DNA of 64,000 bases, taken from the NCBI GenBank assembly GCA_045627145.1, contig JAZQND010000121.1:24507-88506 (forward strand). The letters run 5' to 3'. This document shows positions 48,023-57,841 of this stretch, one piece after another. The stretch comes from Ruminococcus sp. (GTDB taxonomy: Bacteria; Bacillota; Clostridia; Oscillospirales; Ruminococcaceae). Position 1 is the first letter of the stretch, and every line of letters starts with the position of its first letter. Below the pieces are notes generated by a model that was given only the letters and a program-made list of their open reading frames with translations, made no database searches and was not told where the DNA came from. A program made the position numbers and the translations under genes.

Positions 48023-49576
48023 TTACACACTCGGTTTCGGCTGTGAATTTGTATGGTTCGTCTTCGTTGTGACGGTCTTTGGATTGGTAGGATTATCAAT
48101 CGTGGGTCTACCACCCTCATCGTCACTGGCAGACTGAGTAAAGCTTGTTTTATGCACGGGGTATTTATGCTCTAAGTCCATCGCAGTCTCATAGTCCATG
48201 ATAGACATAAAAGCATCGGGTTGAATACCCGCCGCAGATGCCCACATAAGCAGGCTTCCACGCCCGTTCATATACATTTCCTTCGCAAAGCCAACAAAGT
48301 CACTACGGTTAGCATACGTGATAGGAAGATATACGACCTTTACCGTATTGCCGCCGCTCGTGAACTGTTCGTTCAACACCTTGTTCAGCTCATTTGTGAA
48401 AAGCTCAAGGACATTGAAAATCTCAGATGTAACAAGACGCAGATTGCTTTCCTGTGCGGAGTACGATGAATCTCCGCTACCGGACAGCAGAGAACCAGCA
48501 AAACCCATTGAAGTCGATACGTTGCTTCTGAGGTTCTTTTCGTTCTTTTCGTCAAGCAAATCAATGTCCGTATTGAGGGAGTCAATCTTTGTTCCTGCGG
48601 CAACAGAGAAAAAGCTGATGCCTCCCCTGTTGTTCTTCTGCGTAATACCACTCTTGACAGCATCATGTTGCGCTCTCTGCTGTTTTTCGCTCAAAGAGGA
48701 CAACCCCTTGCGTTCACCTTCTGGGAAGGTTTCGTAATAGATGCGGTTATTTACCTCGTCCAAAACACCACGTTTTGTATCAGTGAAGTAATCAGAGAAA
48801 AAGATATCTTCCAATGCGGCAAGCACAAGGGGTCTGCCCCAAGGCTCACGCCTTTTTGCTCTGAATTTGACCGCAATCGTCCTTCTGTTATCAAGTACGA
48901 CCCATTTCCCGCCTTTATTCTCAGAATAGCTCTTGTACGCAGTGCGAATCTCCTTCGGGTACTTTCTCAGTTTGCTCTCCGTTGTTTCATTCCCCTGCTC
49001 ATCAAAATATCCAAGGTCAAAAGCAAGAACGTAACTTGAATTACGGATACCAACAATTTTCGTATAATCGGGCGATAAGCTGATAAACGAAGCATTGATG
49101 TCCGCATTGATTTCAGAAACGTTCTCGACCTCCCAATCGCTCATCTTTTTCTTCATCGGGGGTCTCTTAGTCGTTTCAAGATAGTAAAAGGCAACGCCAT
49201 CAACGAAACTGTTATGCAGAACGTCACGGGCAAGCTCGTTATCACGGATAATATCAAGGATGTTCTCGATTTTTCTTCGTCTCTTGTCAGCGGTACTCGT
49301 ATTCCCGTATGGCACAACAATCCTGTCAAGTGTCGGCAAAGAACACATATAGTCAATAGTGTTTGTTACAATACCGTTTGAGTTGTAAACCATCTCACTC
49401 AACTGTCTCAGACTTTTGTTGTTGTTCATTGGGTCATTAATCATGTCTTTCAGCTCATCGACAGACCAACACGAAAACTTATCAAGACTGCACGGAGCAA
49501 AGAAACTTCTGCCGATATTTGAGTAGAAAGAATTGAACTCACACGTATTGTTCTCATTTCCATTTGTTTCGCTCAC
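48023..49576 (-). CDS. Portal protein
   Basis: Follows terminase, ~517 aa, EPWGRP motif. Confidence 0.75.
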   Translation of the reverse strand: MSETNGNENNTCEFNSFYSNIGRSFFAPCSLDKFSCWSVDELKDMINDPMNNNKSLRQLSEMVYNSNGIVTNTIDYMCSLPTLDRIVVPYGNTSTADKRRRKIENILDIIRDNELARDVLHNSFVDGVAFYYLETTKRPPMKKKMSDWEVENVSEINADINASFISLSPDYTKIVGIRNSSYVLAFDLGYFDEQGNETTESKLRKYPKEIRTAYKSYSENKGGKWVVLDNRRTIAVKFRAKRREPWGRPLVLAALEDIFFSDYFTDTKRGVLDEVNNRIYYETFPEGERKGLSSLSEKQQRAQHDAVKSGITQKNNRGGISFFSVAAGTKIDSLNTDIDLLDEKNEKNLRSNVSTSMGFAGSLLSGSGDSSYSAQESNLRLVTSEIFNVLELFTNELNKVLNEQFTSGGNTVKVVYLPITYANRSDFVGFAKEMYMNGRGSLLMWASAAGIQPDAFMSIMDYETAMDLEHKYPVHKTSFTQSASDDEGGRPTIDNPTNPKTVTTKTNHTNSQPKPSV

Positions 49577-49609
49577 TGGTATCACCTCCAATCTTTTTGT
49601 CAAAATAAA

Positions 49610-49635
49610 GCCGAGGGCCGCCATTAGCCCTCGGC
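49610..49635 (-). terminator. Intrinsic terminator-like hairpin
   Basis: GCCGAGGGC/GCCCTCGGC stem. Confidence 0.55.
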
Positions 49636-49659
49636 ATTAGACCGTTTGAAAATACATTT

Positions 49660-49920
49660 TCAATCTTCAAACCGATGTAGGATAATGGGACGCATATCTC
49701 CCATATAGGGCAAAGCCCTAATCGTATTGAACTCAATCCACTCAACGGCTTCATCTTCTGTGTACCCCTTTGTTTCAGTCAGCCACAGAACCATTTTGTC
49801 ATAGTCGTAGACGGCTCTGCCGTCCTCAGAAATGCCGATACACGCATCCTCATAATCATAGTCAGCGAATATGATAGTGTCATCCTGCATATAATCAGCA
49901 AGTTTCTCTTTCAATGTCAT
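49660..49920 (-). CDS. Conserved phage hypothetical protein
   Basis: AVYDYDKM...EAVEWIEFN motif. Confidence 0.7.
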   Translation of the reverse strand: MTLKEKLADYMQDDTIIFADYDYEDACIGISEDGRAVYDYDKMVLWLTETKGYTEDEAVEWIEFNTIRALPYMGDMRPIILHRFED

Positions 49921-49931
49921 ATACTTTCACC

Positions 49932-51710
49932 TCAATTGATAAAGACACCTGTCTCATAATCATCTCCCTCAGAAATCAAATCATTCTCAAGCAGGGATGC
50001 AAAATAGTTGCCATACGATACGGCAGTGTATCTGTCCTTCGTATTGTTACTTGTCTCATACAGCTTAAAGAGACCTGTGTCCTTCATAAACTCGTACTCA
50101 AGCTCAACCATTTCGCCAATTAGTTCACGTGTTTCAAGGTACGGGCGTTCATAAAACAGCATCGTATCTGAGTCCGGAGCTTCATTATATTCTGGCATCT
50201 TGCTCAGAATGTCATCAACGGCATACTGATAATCGGGCAACAGGTCGATTCTTCCGCTCGTCAGCGTATCACGCATACAGATGGCGATATCACTGTTCAG
50301 TTTTGTTGATGCAACAACGGCATACACAACCTCCTTAGCTCCACTGACCTTAACACGTTCTGCCGTGTTTGCATCATTGAAGCAAGTCCATGCGGGGTAT
50401 TCGACTCTGCGTTCCTCGTCGTACAAGACCTTTGCAAGTCTGTCATACAGTGTTACGCCGCCGTTTCTAAGGTCAAGTACCAAGTAATCAGCTTCAAAGT
50501 CAGTAAACAGCCGCTTAATCTCAATAGCCTGCTTATCAACATCTCCACCCTTGTTTGCCCTTATGAAACTTAAGCTTCTTCTGTAACCCTTGATAGTATT
50601 GCGTTCTTCGCCTTCCACACGCATTGTTTCGGGTAGTAGCCGAATACAGGCAGAAACAGAGTTGTCGTTCTTTTTCTTATCAACAAACGCAATATCGCAG
50701 GCCACGATACGAATTTCCCCAGCCTGTTTCTTGATGGCGTAAGGGTTTTTCTTGTGAGCCAGCACATCCATACTGTTACGAGGATAGAAGCACGGGATGT
50801 TTCTTTGGTTCTTTGTTAGCATGGCAAAATTGAAAAAGCCCTTAACGTTTTCACGCAAGAGTTCGTTGTCGTATTCAATTCTCCATGTTATCGGGTCAAA
50901 TGTCTTTTTGTCAGACAACAACTGCTTTCTCGTCTTGATACCATGCTTTAGTGCGATAGCATAGTCCATGCACACAAGGCAACTTGAGTTATCCTTGTAC
51001 TTGCCACGAATCATTTCCATGCCCAAATCGCCAATCCACTCTCCGGACGTACCCGAAGAACTTATATAGACATTGATTGGTTCTTCAATCAAGTCTGCAT
51101 AATCATCAAGAAGCCTGTAAGAAGCGGGCCTCGCAATCTGATAAGGTCTCGCAACGCTGTCGATAACTTCCTTCTTAGTTCTTCTGAATTCTTCAAGAAC
51201 CAGTACGGAGCTTCTGTGTCCGACAGCTTGGTCACTTGCTTGTACAACAACAATTGAGCTTCCGTTATGGAAGTCAACTTCGATATTGTCGCTGTTTGTC
51301 TTAATCGTCTGTATCTCCTTTTGTAACATAGGAGACTGACGCATCAGTTCCTTCTTTATCTTCTCTGTTACTATCAATCCTGCCATTTTCTTGGTTGCAG
51401 AGCATATCACAATCTTTGTATTTGGATACAGAATACACTTCGCACATGTGAACACGGCAATCACCCAAGACTTTGCAGAAGCACGTGATGCAATCCACGC
51501 TATGTCACCATAGATGTTCAGCAAATACAGGCATATCACTTGATAAAGATGGAGTTTGATTCCAAGGTAATGCTCAACAAAGACTGGCAGATTCCTACGG
51601 TAAAACGTAACCCATTCAATCAGATGCTCGATATGATTCTGAACACTGAGCCACGAATTTGTAGGGAAATGGGATGACAATATTTTTTGATTCTTGTCAA
51701 GACTCGCCAT
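49932..51710 (-). CDS. Terminase large subunit
   Basis: ASRASAKSW Walker A, LVLEEFR Walker B, ACDIA and KDRY nuclease motifs. Confidence 0.88.
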   Translation of the reverse strand: MASLDKNQKILSSHFPTNSWLSVQNHIEHLIEWVTFYRRNLPVFVEHYLGIKLHLYQVICLYLLNIYGDIAWIASRASAKSWVIAVFTCAKCILYPNTKIVICSATKKMAGLIVTEKIKKELMRQSPMLQKEIQTIKTNSDNIEVDFHNGSSIVVVQASDQAVGHRSSVLVLEEFRRTKKEVIDSVARPYQIARPASYRLLDDYADLIEEPINVYISSSGTSGEWIGDLGMEMIRGKYKDNSSCLVCMDYAIALKHGIKTRKQLLSDKKTFDPITWRIEYDNELLRENVKGFFNFAMLTKNQRNIPCFYPRNSMDVLAHKKNPYAIKKQAGEIRIVACDIAFVDKKKNDNSVSACIRLLPETMRVEGEERNTIKGYRRSLSFIRANKGGDVDKQAIEIKRLFTDFEADYLVLDLRNGGVTLYDRLAKVLYDEERRVEYPAWTCFNDANTAERVKVSGAKEVVYAVVASTKLNSDIAICMRDTLTSGRIDLLPDYQYAVDDILSKMPEYNEAPDSDTMLFYERPYLETRELIGEMVELEYEFMKDTGLFKLYETSNNTKDRYTAVSYGNYFASLLENDLISEGDDYETGVFIN

Positions 51711-52653
51711 CCAAGTTAAACTCCTTGTCACGTACCTTTGAACCAGTTACCCAATTCTTCAGAGGTCGGTAGATAAAGCGTTCACAGTATTCTCCGATGC
51801 CGAAGAAGTCTCTGTATTTCGATTTATCCCCATAGTATTCCGCAGGCGTGAATTCTTCGACTGCCGCCAGCCATTTTCCCAAGCAGTCATTTGACGTATC
51901 AACGTCTTCGGACACCTTTATCTGAGCAAAGCTTGCAATCTTTTGATACATGGCAAGCAAATCAGAATACGTTTTCGTGTCACCTCTTGACAAAGAACGT
52001 TTTGACTGTGTGTTTAGAACACACATATCCTTGATGTATTTGTCTTTTAGGAAATCGTCAACACGTTTTCCCTGTGTGAGCATAGCATAGTGAGAATCCA
52101 TCTCCATGTATTCATCTTTTGTATACCCTGCTCCCCATTTTTCAACATCATTTTCCGTTATCTCTGTCGTTCCAGCCTCATTCATGTCACGAATGTCACG
52201 ACCGCTCAATTCAATCTCGCCCTTATTCACGGCTTCTGCATCAAGCGTATCGTCAAAGCAATCATATTTTACTTGTACAAGGTTGCTTCTGCTGATGTAC
52301 ACACTCATCGGATTGTCTCTGATAGCTCCATTTAGTGTCATCTTGTACACTTCCGGAGACCAGTAAACATCAAACTTAAGGCAAAGCCTGTAAATAGCCG
52401 CCTCTTTATCACCCAATACTTCAAAATAATGGTCGTACAGTTCTTTCAGACAATAATCACAGATAGGAATATATCCATCATTTGCCTTGTACATGGGACT
52501 CCGCACCTTTCTGAAGTTCCCGCTTTGCTTTGTATATTCACGCCCACACCTTACGCATCGGCAACTAAGCTCCTTTTGAGGCTCTGGCTTCTTTGCCTTT
52601 GTAGAAGCGCTTCTCGTTGTCTGCTTCTTTCCAGTTCCAGCGGGTCTTCCCAT
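51697..52653 (-). CDS. Zinc-finger protein upstream of terminase (possible small subunit)
   Basis: CVRC..CDYC; position. Confidence 0.55.
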   Translation of the reverse strand: MGRPAGTGKKQTTRSASTKAKKPEPQKELSCRCVRCGREYTKQSGNFRKVRSPMYKANDGYIPICDYCLKELYDHYFEVLGDKEAAIYRLCLKFDVYWSPEVYKMTLNGAIRDNPMSVYISRSNLVQVKYDCFDDTLDAEAVNKGEIELSGRDIRDMNEAGTTEITENDVEKWGAGYTKDEYMEMDSHYAMLTQGKRVDDFLKDKYIKDMCVLNTQSKRSLSRGDTKTYSDLLAMYQKIASFAQIKVSEDVDTSNDCLGKWLAAVEEFTPAEYYGDKSKYRDFFGIGEYCERFIYRPLKNWVTGSKVRDKEFNLDGES

Positions 52654-52666
52654 TTATTTCACCCCT

Positions 52667-52825
52667 TTACGTTGAAAATGTATTTTCAATCTGATGCTGT
52701 TCGGACTCGCTTCCATCATGCTTATCAGCAATCTCTCTGGCAATCCGAATCTGTTCGTTGATGTATTCTTTGTTTGCTTCGTTGTAACATCGCCTTACAA
52801 GGTCAAAGATTTCATCATCATTCAT
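52667..52825 (-). CDS. Small hypothetical protein
   Basis: Coupled to upstream ORF. Confidence 0.4.
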   Translation of the reverse strand: MNDDEIFDLVRRCYNEANKEYINEQIRIAREIADKHDGSESEQHQIENTFST

Positions 52826-52979
52826 CAGCACCGCCGCCTTTTTTGTTCCTTTTTGTTGAATCTTTTCTACACTTGATGCAAGCACGTTTTGGATTAACGT
52901 TTTTACTCGTCTGATAACAAGGATAGTCACACCCGATACACTTTTTCTTTGGTAGTTTACGATAAAATCCTCTGTTCAT
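52818..52979 (-). CDS. Small Cys-rich basic protein
   Basis: GAGGTG RBS; CxxC..CxxC. Confidence 0.45.
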   Translation of the reverse strand: MNRGFYRKLPKKKCIGCDYPCYQTSKNVNPKRACIKCRKDSTKRNKKGGGADE

Positions 52980-53020
52980 GCTTTCACCTCTGTATTGAAA
53001 TATCGTACAAAGTACGCTGA

Positions 53021-53068
53021 GTGGACGCTGAGGGGTCGAACCTCTTAAATTCCCTAACGAAAACGCCC
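53021..53068 (-). ncRNA. tRNA-like minihelix (acceptor stem plus T-arm)
   Basis: GGGCGTT pairs with AGCGTCC, discriminator A; GAGG-TTCGACC-CCTC T-arm; 17-nt linker only. Confidence 0.5.
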
Positions 53069-53344
53069 CATGCAAAGTACGCAAGTATATGCTATACGTA
53101 CTCATAAACTCCTTCTACACTTGGTAGATGAGATAGAAAATACCCCAAAGGTATACCCTTTAGGGGCTAAAACGTTGTCGGGTCAGCCTTTCACTGCTCC
53201 ACCACTACTGCATGGTTCAAGTGTCCATTTGTTGATATATTGGCAATACTGCCTTTTTTGTCGAGAAATACAACACCGATTACCCACCTAAACGGTAGCA
53301 CATTATTGTCTTCGTGCATGTTTATCTTTCATCACGACAACGTA

Positions 53345-54514
53345 TCAGCTCAAGTCAACATTGTACAAGCATTTTACAGCTTGATACTTATCAGATACGA
53401 TAACAACTTGCTCCGGATTTCCAAACAGCCGCCTGTCAAATGCGTATCTGTCAGTGCCGCATACGCTTCCGCTCTGAACAACTTTCGTAAAACCGCAAGT
53501 AGTCATTTCGTTTGTATGTCTGTGGCCCATCAGAATACCATCGGGCTGTTCTCCAAGAAGTCTTGTCATATCATCGGTAACTTTTGACGGTACATCGTTA
53601 TCGCCATGCACAGCAACCCATTTGTGACCGCACACTTCAAATGTTGCGATATAGTCGCACACATCATTTTTCATAACGGTCACAGAACTGTCGTTGCTGA
53701 AGGCGGTTTCGATATAGAACGGAACAAGAGAATCAAAATCCTCACCGCTCAGATGGTCTTCCTTGTTCGGAGACACACGTGAGTGGTTGCCCGATACAGA
53801 GCAAACGGTCACAAAAGTGAAGATTTCTCTCAACGCACGGATAAACTCAGTCAGATACACGCATACAAGCTTTACTTGCTGAATAGCGTTCACCGTATTT
53901 TCCAAACGAATCGATGTATGGATGATGCCCGAAATCAAATCACCGCCGAGAACAAGCGTACATACGTTCGCTTTGTGCGTATCTCTGATTTTCTTAATCT
54001 GAGTATAGTATTCGCACAGGCGTTCGTGCAGTACATTCTCATCATATGTATTCAAGTAGTTATCGATTCCAAGTCCAGCATGAACATCCGTCAAATGAAT
54101 AATCAGTTCGTTATCAGTTGGGACTTCTTCCAAGAAACCATTCTTGGATACGGGTTTTGCCTCAGAAACAAATGTTTCTTTTACAAGCTCAAGGAACGTT
54201 TCTCTGCGAGCCTGTTCCCTCAAAAGCCTGCTCAATTCGTTACGTTCATCTCTGACCTTCGTCTTCTCCATATAAAGCTTCTGCTTTGCTTCATTGACCT
54301 CTCTGACGTAATCGCTTGAATCAGTGCGTGACGCAAACACGCCTGCGTCATAGAACATCTTGGCATATTGAAAACTCTTTCTCCATGCCGCTTCGCCTTT
54401 GTATTCTGATTCATCCTCGCACAGTTCATGGTTCAAAATATCAGCGATTTCCTGCCAGCTCTTGTCAGTCTCGCCGCTATCCTTTGCCATGCAAACACGC
54501 CACAGATATTCCAT
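53345..54514 (-). CDS. Calcineurin-like metallophosphoesterase
   Basis: TDVH, GGDL, GNHSR, HGD, GHRH motifs; start codon uncertain. Confidence 0.85.
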   Translation of the reverse strand: MEYLWRVCMAKDSGETDKSWQEIADILNHELCEDESEYKGEAAWRKSFQYAKMFYDAGVFASRTDSSDYVREVNEAKQKLYMEKTKVRDERNELSRLLREQARRETFLELVKETFVSEAKPVSKNGFLEEVPTDNELIIHLTDVHAGLGIDNYLNTYDENVLHERLCEYYTQIKKIRDTHKANVCTLVLGGDLISGIIHTSIRLENTVNAIQQVKLVCVYLTEFIRALREIFTFVTVCSVSGNHSRVSPNKEDHLSGEDFDSLVPFYIETAFSNDSSVTVMKNDVCDYIATFEVCGHKWVAVHGDNDVPSKVTDDMTRLLGEQPDGILMGHRHTNEMTTCGFTKVVQSGSVCGTDRYAFDRRLFGNPEQVVIVSDKYQAVKCLYNVDLS

Positions 54515-54619
54515 ATCGTTCTCGCTCTGCGTTTTAACCAACGTGCCTATAAAGACCACCTCTCTTAACTCTGAAACAAATTGGTAAACATTTTACTCGT
54601 TTCGCTTCTAACATCATCG

Positions 54620-54808
54620 TCAAGCATGATGCACCCAATCACAGACTACGCCACGCTTTCTAAGCTTATTCAAGAACTTCATCGCTTCCGTGTTTTCTTC
54701 GCAATAATAGCGACCACGCTTACTTTTCTGTCTACAAGTCCTTTTAATGGCTACATCTGGGTATTTCTTTCTGATTTCATTGGCTTCTTTCTTGTTAACA
54801 ATAATCAT
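54620..54808 (-). CDS. Small basic hypothetical protein
   Basis: GGAGG RBS. Confidence 0.6.
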   Translation of the reverse strand: MIIVNKKEANEIRKKYPDVAIKRTCRQKSKRGRYYCEENTEAMKFLNKLRKRGVVCDWVHHA

Positions 54809-54903
54809 GCTTTATTTCCTCCAGCTTTGTTTTCGGGGACAGCTTACGGCGTTTCTTTGTAAATTCAGCCACTTATCCCTCATTGTGAATTTATGCAAAA
54901 AAG

Positions 54904-55000
54904 CCCGCAAACCGTTGAGTTTATTGCAATTGTATTACAAAACTATGTAACAACTCATTTTCGTGTATGTTTCAAAGCTTTGTTACTCAACGGTTGCGGG
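54904..55000. repeat. 16/17-bp inverted repeat with 64-bp spacer
   Basis: CCCGCAAACCGTTGAGT ... ACTCAACGGTTGCGGG. Confidence 0.8.
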
Positions 55001-55033
55001 GATTTTCAGAAATTATTTGTAAAGTTCAGATTG

Positions 55034-57841
55034 TTACTCATTCATTACATCATAATGAACTCGTCCGTATGTTGCACGGTATTCTTTTCTGTATTTCGCT
55101 TGACAAGCATCACAACGCTTCTTTTTGTTGCTTTTGCTGTTTGCGTAGAACACATGACCGCAGTCGATACATACTCCACGGCGTACACCCTTCGGGGTAT
55201 ATGTAGAACATTTCTCACATTTGCATTGATTAGGTGCGTTTTTGATGATTCGTTTCCCACAAACCTCGCATTGAATACTCCCATACGGGATATTATGTCT
55301 AAGGTTTTCGTATACAATATCGCCAAAGCAGAACCAAAATGTACTCTTGTGTGCAACAGTGGTTCTCGTGAACATATCCTTAATGAGCATATCGCAGGCA
55401 ACGCTGATATCTCCGGTCATCGCCTCAAGCTCACTTGTAATCTTGAGCCTTAAATATCCATAATCAACATCACCATCGTTTGTTGATGCGGAGATTTTAC
55501 GGTACATGTTTCCGTCAAGCTCATAGAATCGTTCAACAACCGCCGTATCAATCTCTTGATGTTTGTTATTCATCATGTAACGATAGTCGAACTTACCAAT
55601 ATTCTTTGCGGAGAAACACATGCGTTTGTTCTCAACGATTCTCTCAAGCATATTAACTACGCTTCCGTTTGCAGGCTCGCACCCGTCCTCCGTCTTGTCC
55701 TTGGCGTATACAAAGAAGTGAGGAGTTTTCTTGCTCGTGTACTTTGAGATACGCTCTTTCATGTTTGCGGGTCTTTCGGGCTTATACAGTGTCTTGGCAT
55801 AGTCAATAGTAAAATTATTCTCCATGCAGAGGATGCGGATAATATCAAGGTCAACATCGTCACTGTTCCAAATCTTGGTAATATTGTTGCTGACCGTTCC
55901 GATTTTTCCTCCAGTGTATGCGGCAACCATTCCGTTGTACAGCACTTCGTTCGTAATGATGGACGAACCCGCCTTTGCCATGTTGTAGTATAGCGGGACG
56001 ATTCCCTCGCAGTGACGTTTCGCAATATCAACGAACTTCTTCATCGCCACGATAAGTCCCTTATCGCCGTCAACGTCAAACATCAGTATCTTAGAAATAA
56101 GGTCATGACAGCTCGTCACGATAGCTTTCGGAGGATACCATTTCCTCATCTCATCCGTCACAACGTTCTTGCGTACAGCGTGTTCCCTGTAAAGATGCGG
56201 TGACCTCAAGCAGTCAAGCTCGTCATAGTCCGCATACTCTTGGCAACTGACCTCTCCATCCATCAACAGGCCCTGCGGGTTTTCATCATGCAAGAACCAA
56301 TACTGACATGCGGCATACGCATCGGGCAACAGGAACAAGTATTTGCCCTGTATTTCAAGTTTCCCAGCCCTGCCGTGTTTCACAAGTCTTGCCTTAATCT
56401 GCTTTAGTGTATTACGGCAATACTCATCCTCAAGAAGCTCGGGATACAAGCTGAGACACATCTGAAATGCGTTCTGACTACTGTTGTATTTCGTAGCACC
56501 GAACACCCTCAACATCGCCTGCCGTGATGAAGCAATCCCTTTGATTCTTTCGTTTGTAGTCTTGGCGATTTCTTCCATTTCCTCATACGTCATTTCATTG
56601 AGCGTCTGAAGCATCTGATAATTGATTTTCGCCTCGGGTATGAAGTCTTCTTCTTCATTACAGAACCCAGCCATACAATCAAGCGTGACAAACTTCTTCT
56701 GATAATCCTCCCAACTCTTGTAGTATTTCCACATTTTGAATTGAGATTTTGTAAAGATTACATCAATTCCCTCAGCAATAACATCATGTTCTTTGCCGTA
56801 AATATCCTTAATCAGACCGTGGTTCACAGTGGGGTCTTTCTCATTCGCTTCAAGAATGAATTTGTCAAACGGGAATACACCAAGCAAACCCTTTACCCAC
56901 GGCAGGCGGCACATTTTGTTTTTCTTTCCTGTGCGAATCATGCCAAATCCGTCCGTATGAGTAATCGGCACATTCATCCACTTTCGTTCCGTGGTATAAG
57001 TCTTTTCATCAACAAAGTCCACAAGGCCAAAGACATCTGTCTCAAAGTCATCAATAACGATAGACTTCATAATGTCAAAATCTTCCCACGGAGCTGTTGC
57101 GCTGTTTGCAAGAGCAAGATATGCGATGAACTTGTTGGGGTTAACGCCGCCAAGCTCGTTGATATCATCCACAGATAGACCGCACATGATGGTAGGTTGA
57201 TACTTGTACCATATATCTTCTCGGATAAACACAACCTTTTTTGTTCTGATTTGTCCTGCGGATGCGGCGAAAAATATGTATTTGTGTCCTTCCCACATGA
57301 AGCCATTAACCATGAGGTCTTTCAACACATCATAGTAAAAAACACGTACAACTACGATATCCTTATAAAGATTACCAGTAGTCATATTCAACGTTCTCGT
57401 AAGGACAGACTCAAATACAGAAATGATGTTCCCATCCACAATAGCGTCTTCACGGACGCTTCTCATTTCAGTATTCTCAGCGAATGACCGTCTGAGACTT
57501 TCTTTGAGTTCCGGTATCAGCGTGTTAATCTCTTTTCTTCTGTCGCCAATCTCTTTGATACGCTCTGCGTATTCATCTGCTTCATAAATCGGCTCGCCCT
57601 TCTTCACGTTATACAAGGCACGATACTGAGTTTCAAACTTTGCCCGTGTCAGTTCCCCATTATTCGCCTTGCTCACAATGGTAAGCTCCTTACGAATAAG
57701 GTTCTTTTCTCTCGACATGGCATCAATGCTATCAGAGATGGCTTTCTCTTTGTCTGTAAAAACAGACTTAGTTTCCAAACTGTACAGAAGAACTTGGTCT
57801 TTAAGTGCTTGCTTACTGCTACCTCTGCTCAATTCTTTCAC
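55034..57841 (-). CDS. YonO-like single-subunit phage RNA polymerase
   Basis: SAGQIR, HTDGFG, LRSPHL, FDVDGD catalytic motif; C-terminal Cys-rich ribbons. Confidence 0.88.
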   Translation of the reverse strand: MKELSRGSSKQALKDQVLLYSLETKSVFTDKEKAISDSIDAMSREKNLIRKELTIVSKANNGELTRAKFETQYRALYNVKKGEPIYEADEYAERIKEIGDRRKEINTLIPELKESLRRSFAENTEMRSVREDAIVDGNIISVFESVLTRTLNMTTGNLYKDIVVVRVFYYDVLKDLMVNGFMWEGHKYIFFAASAGQIRTKKVVFIREDIWYKYQPTIMCGLSVDDINELGGVNPNKFIAYLALANSATAPWEDFDIMKSIVIDDFETDVFGLVDFVDEKTYTTERKWMNVPITHTDGFGMIRTGKKNKMCRLPWVKGLLGVFPFDKFILEANEKDPTVNHGLIKDIYGKEHDVIAEGIDVIFTKSQFKMWKYYKSWEDYQKKFVTLDCMAGFCNEEEDFIPEAKINYQMLQTLNEMTYEEMEEIAKTTNERIKGIASSRQAMLRVFGATKYNSSQNAFQMCLSLYPELLEDEYCRNTLKQIKARLVKHGRAGKLEIQGKYLFLLPDAYAACQYWFLHDENPQGLLMDGEVSCQEYADYDELDCLRSPHLYREHAVRKNVVTDEMRKWYPPKAIVTSCHDLISKILMFDVDGDKGLIVAMKKFVDIAKRHCEGIVPLYYNMAKAGSSIITNEVLYNGMVAAYTGGKIGTVSNNITKIWNSDDVDLDIIRILCMENNFTIDYAKTLYKPERPANMKERISKYTSKKTPHFFVYAKDKTEDGCEPANGSVVNMLERIVENKRMCFSAKNIGKFDYRYMMNNKHQEIDTAVVERFYELDGNMYRKISASTNDGDVDYGYLRLKITSELEAMTGDISVACDMLIKDMFTRTTVAHKSTFWFCFGDIVYENLRHNIPYGSIQCEVCGKRIIKNAPNQCKCEKCSTYTPKGVRRGVCIDCGHVFYANSKSNKKKRCDACQAKYRKEYRATYGRVHYDVMNE

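Noticed and set aside
53163-53203. + strand GGGGCT...GCTCCACCA as tmRNA or tRNA ends
   Set aside because: Only ~41 nt, no T-arm, and opposite to local transcription; probably chance.
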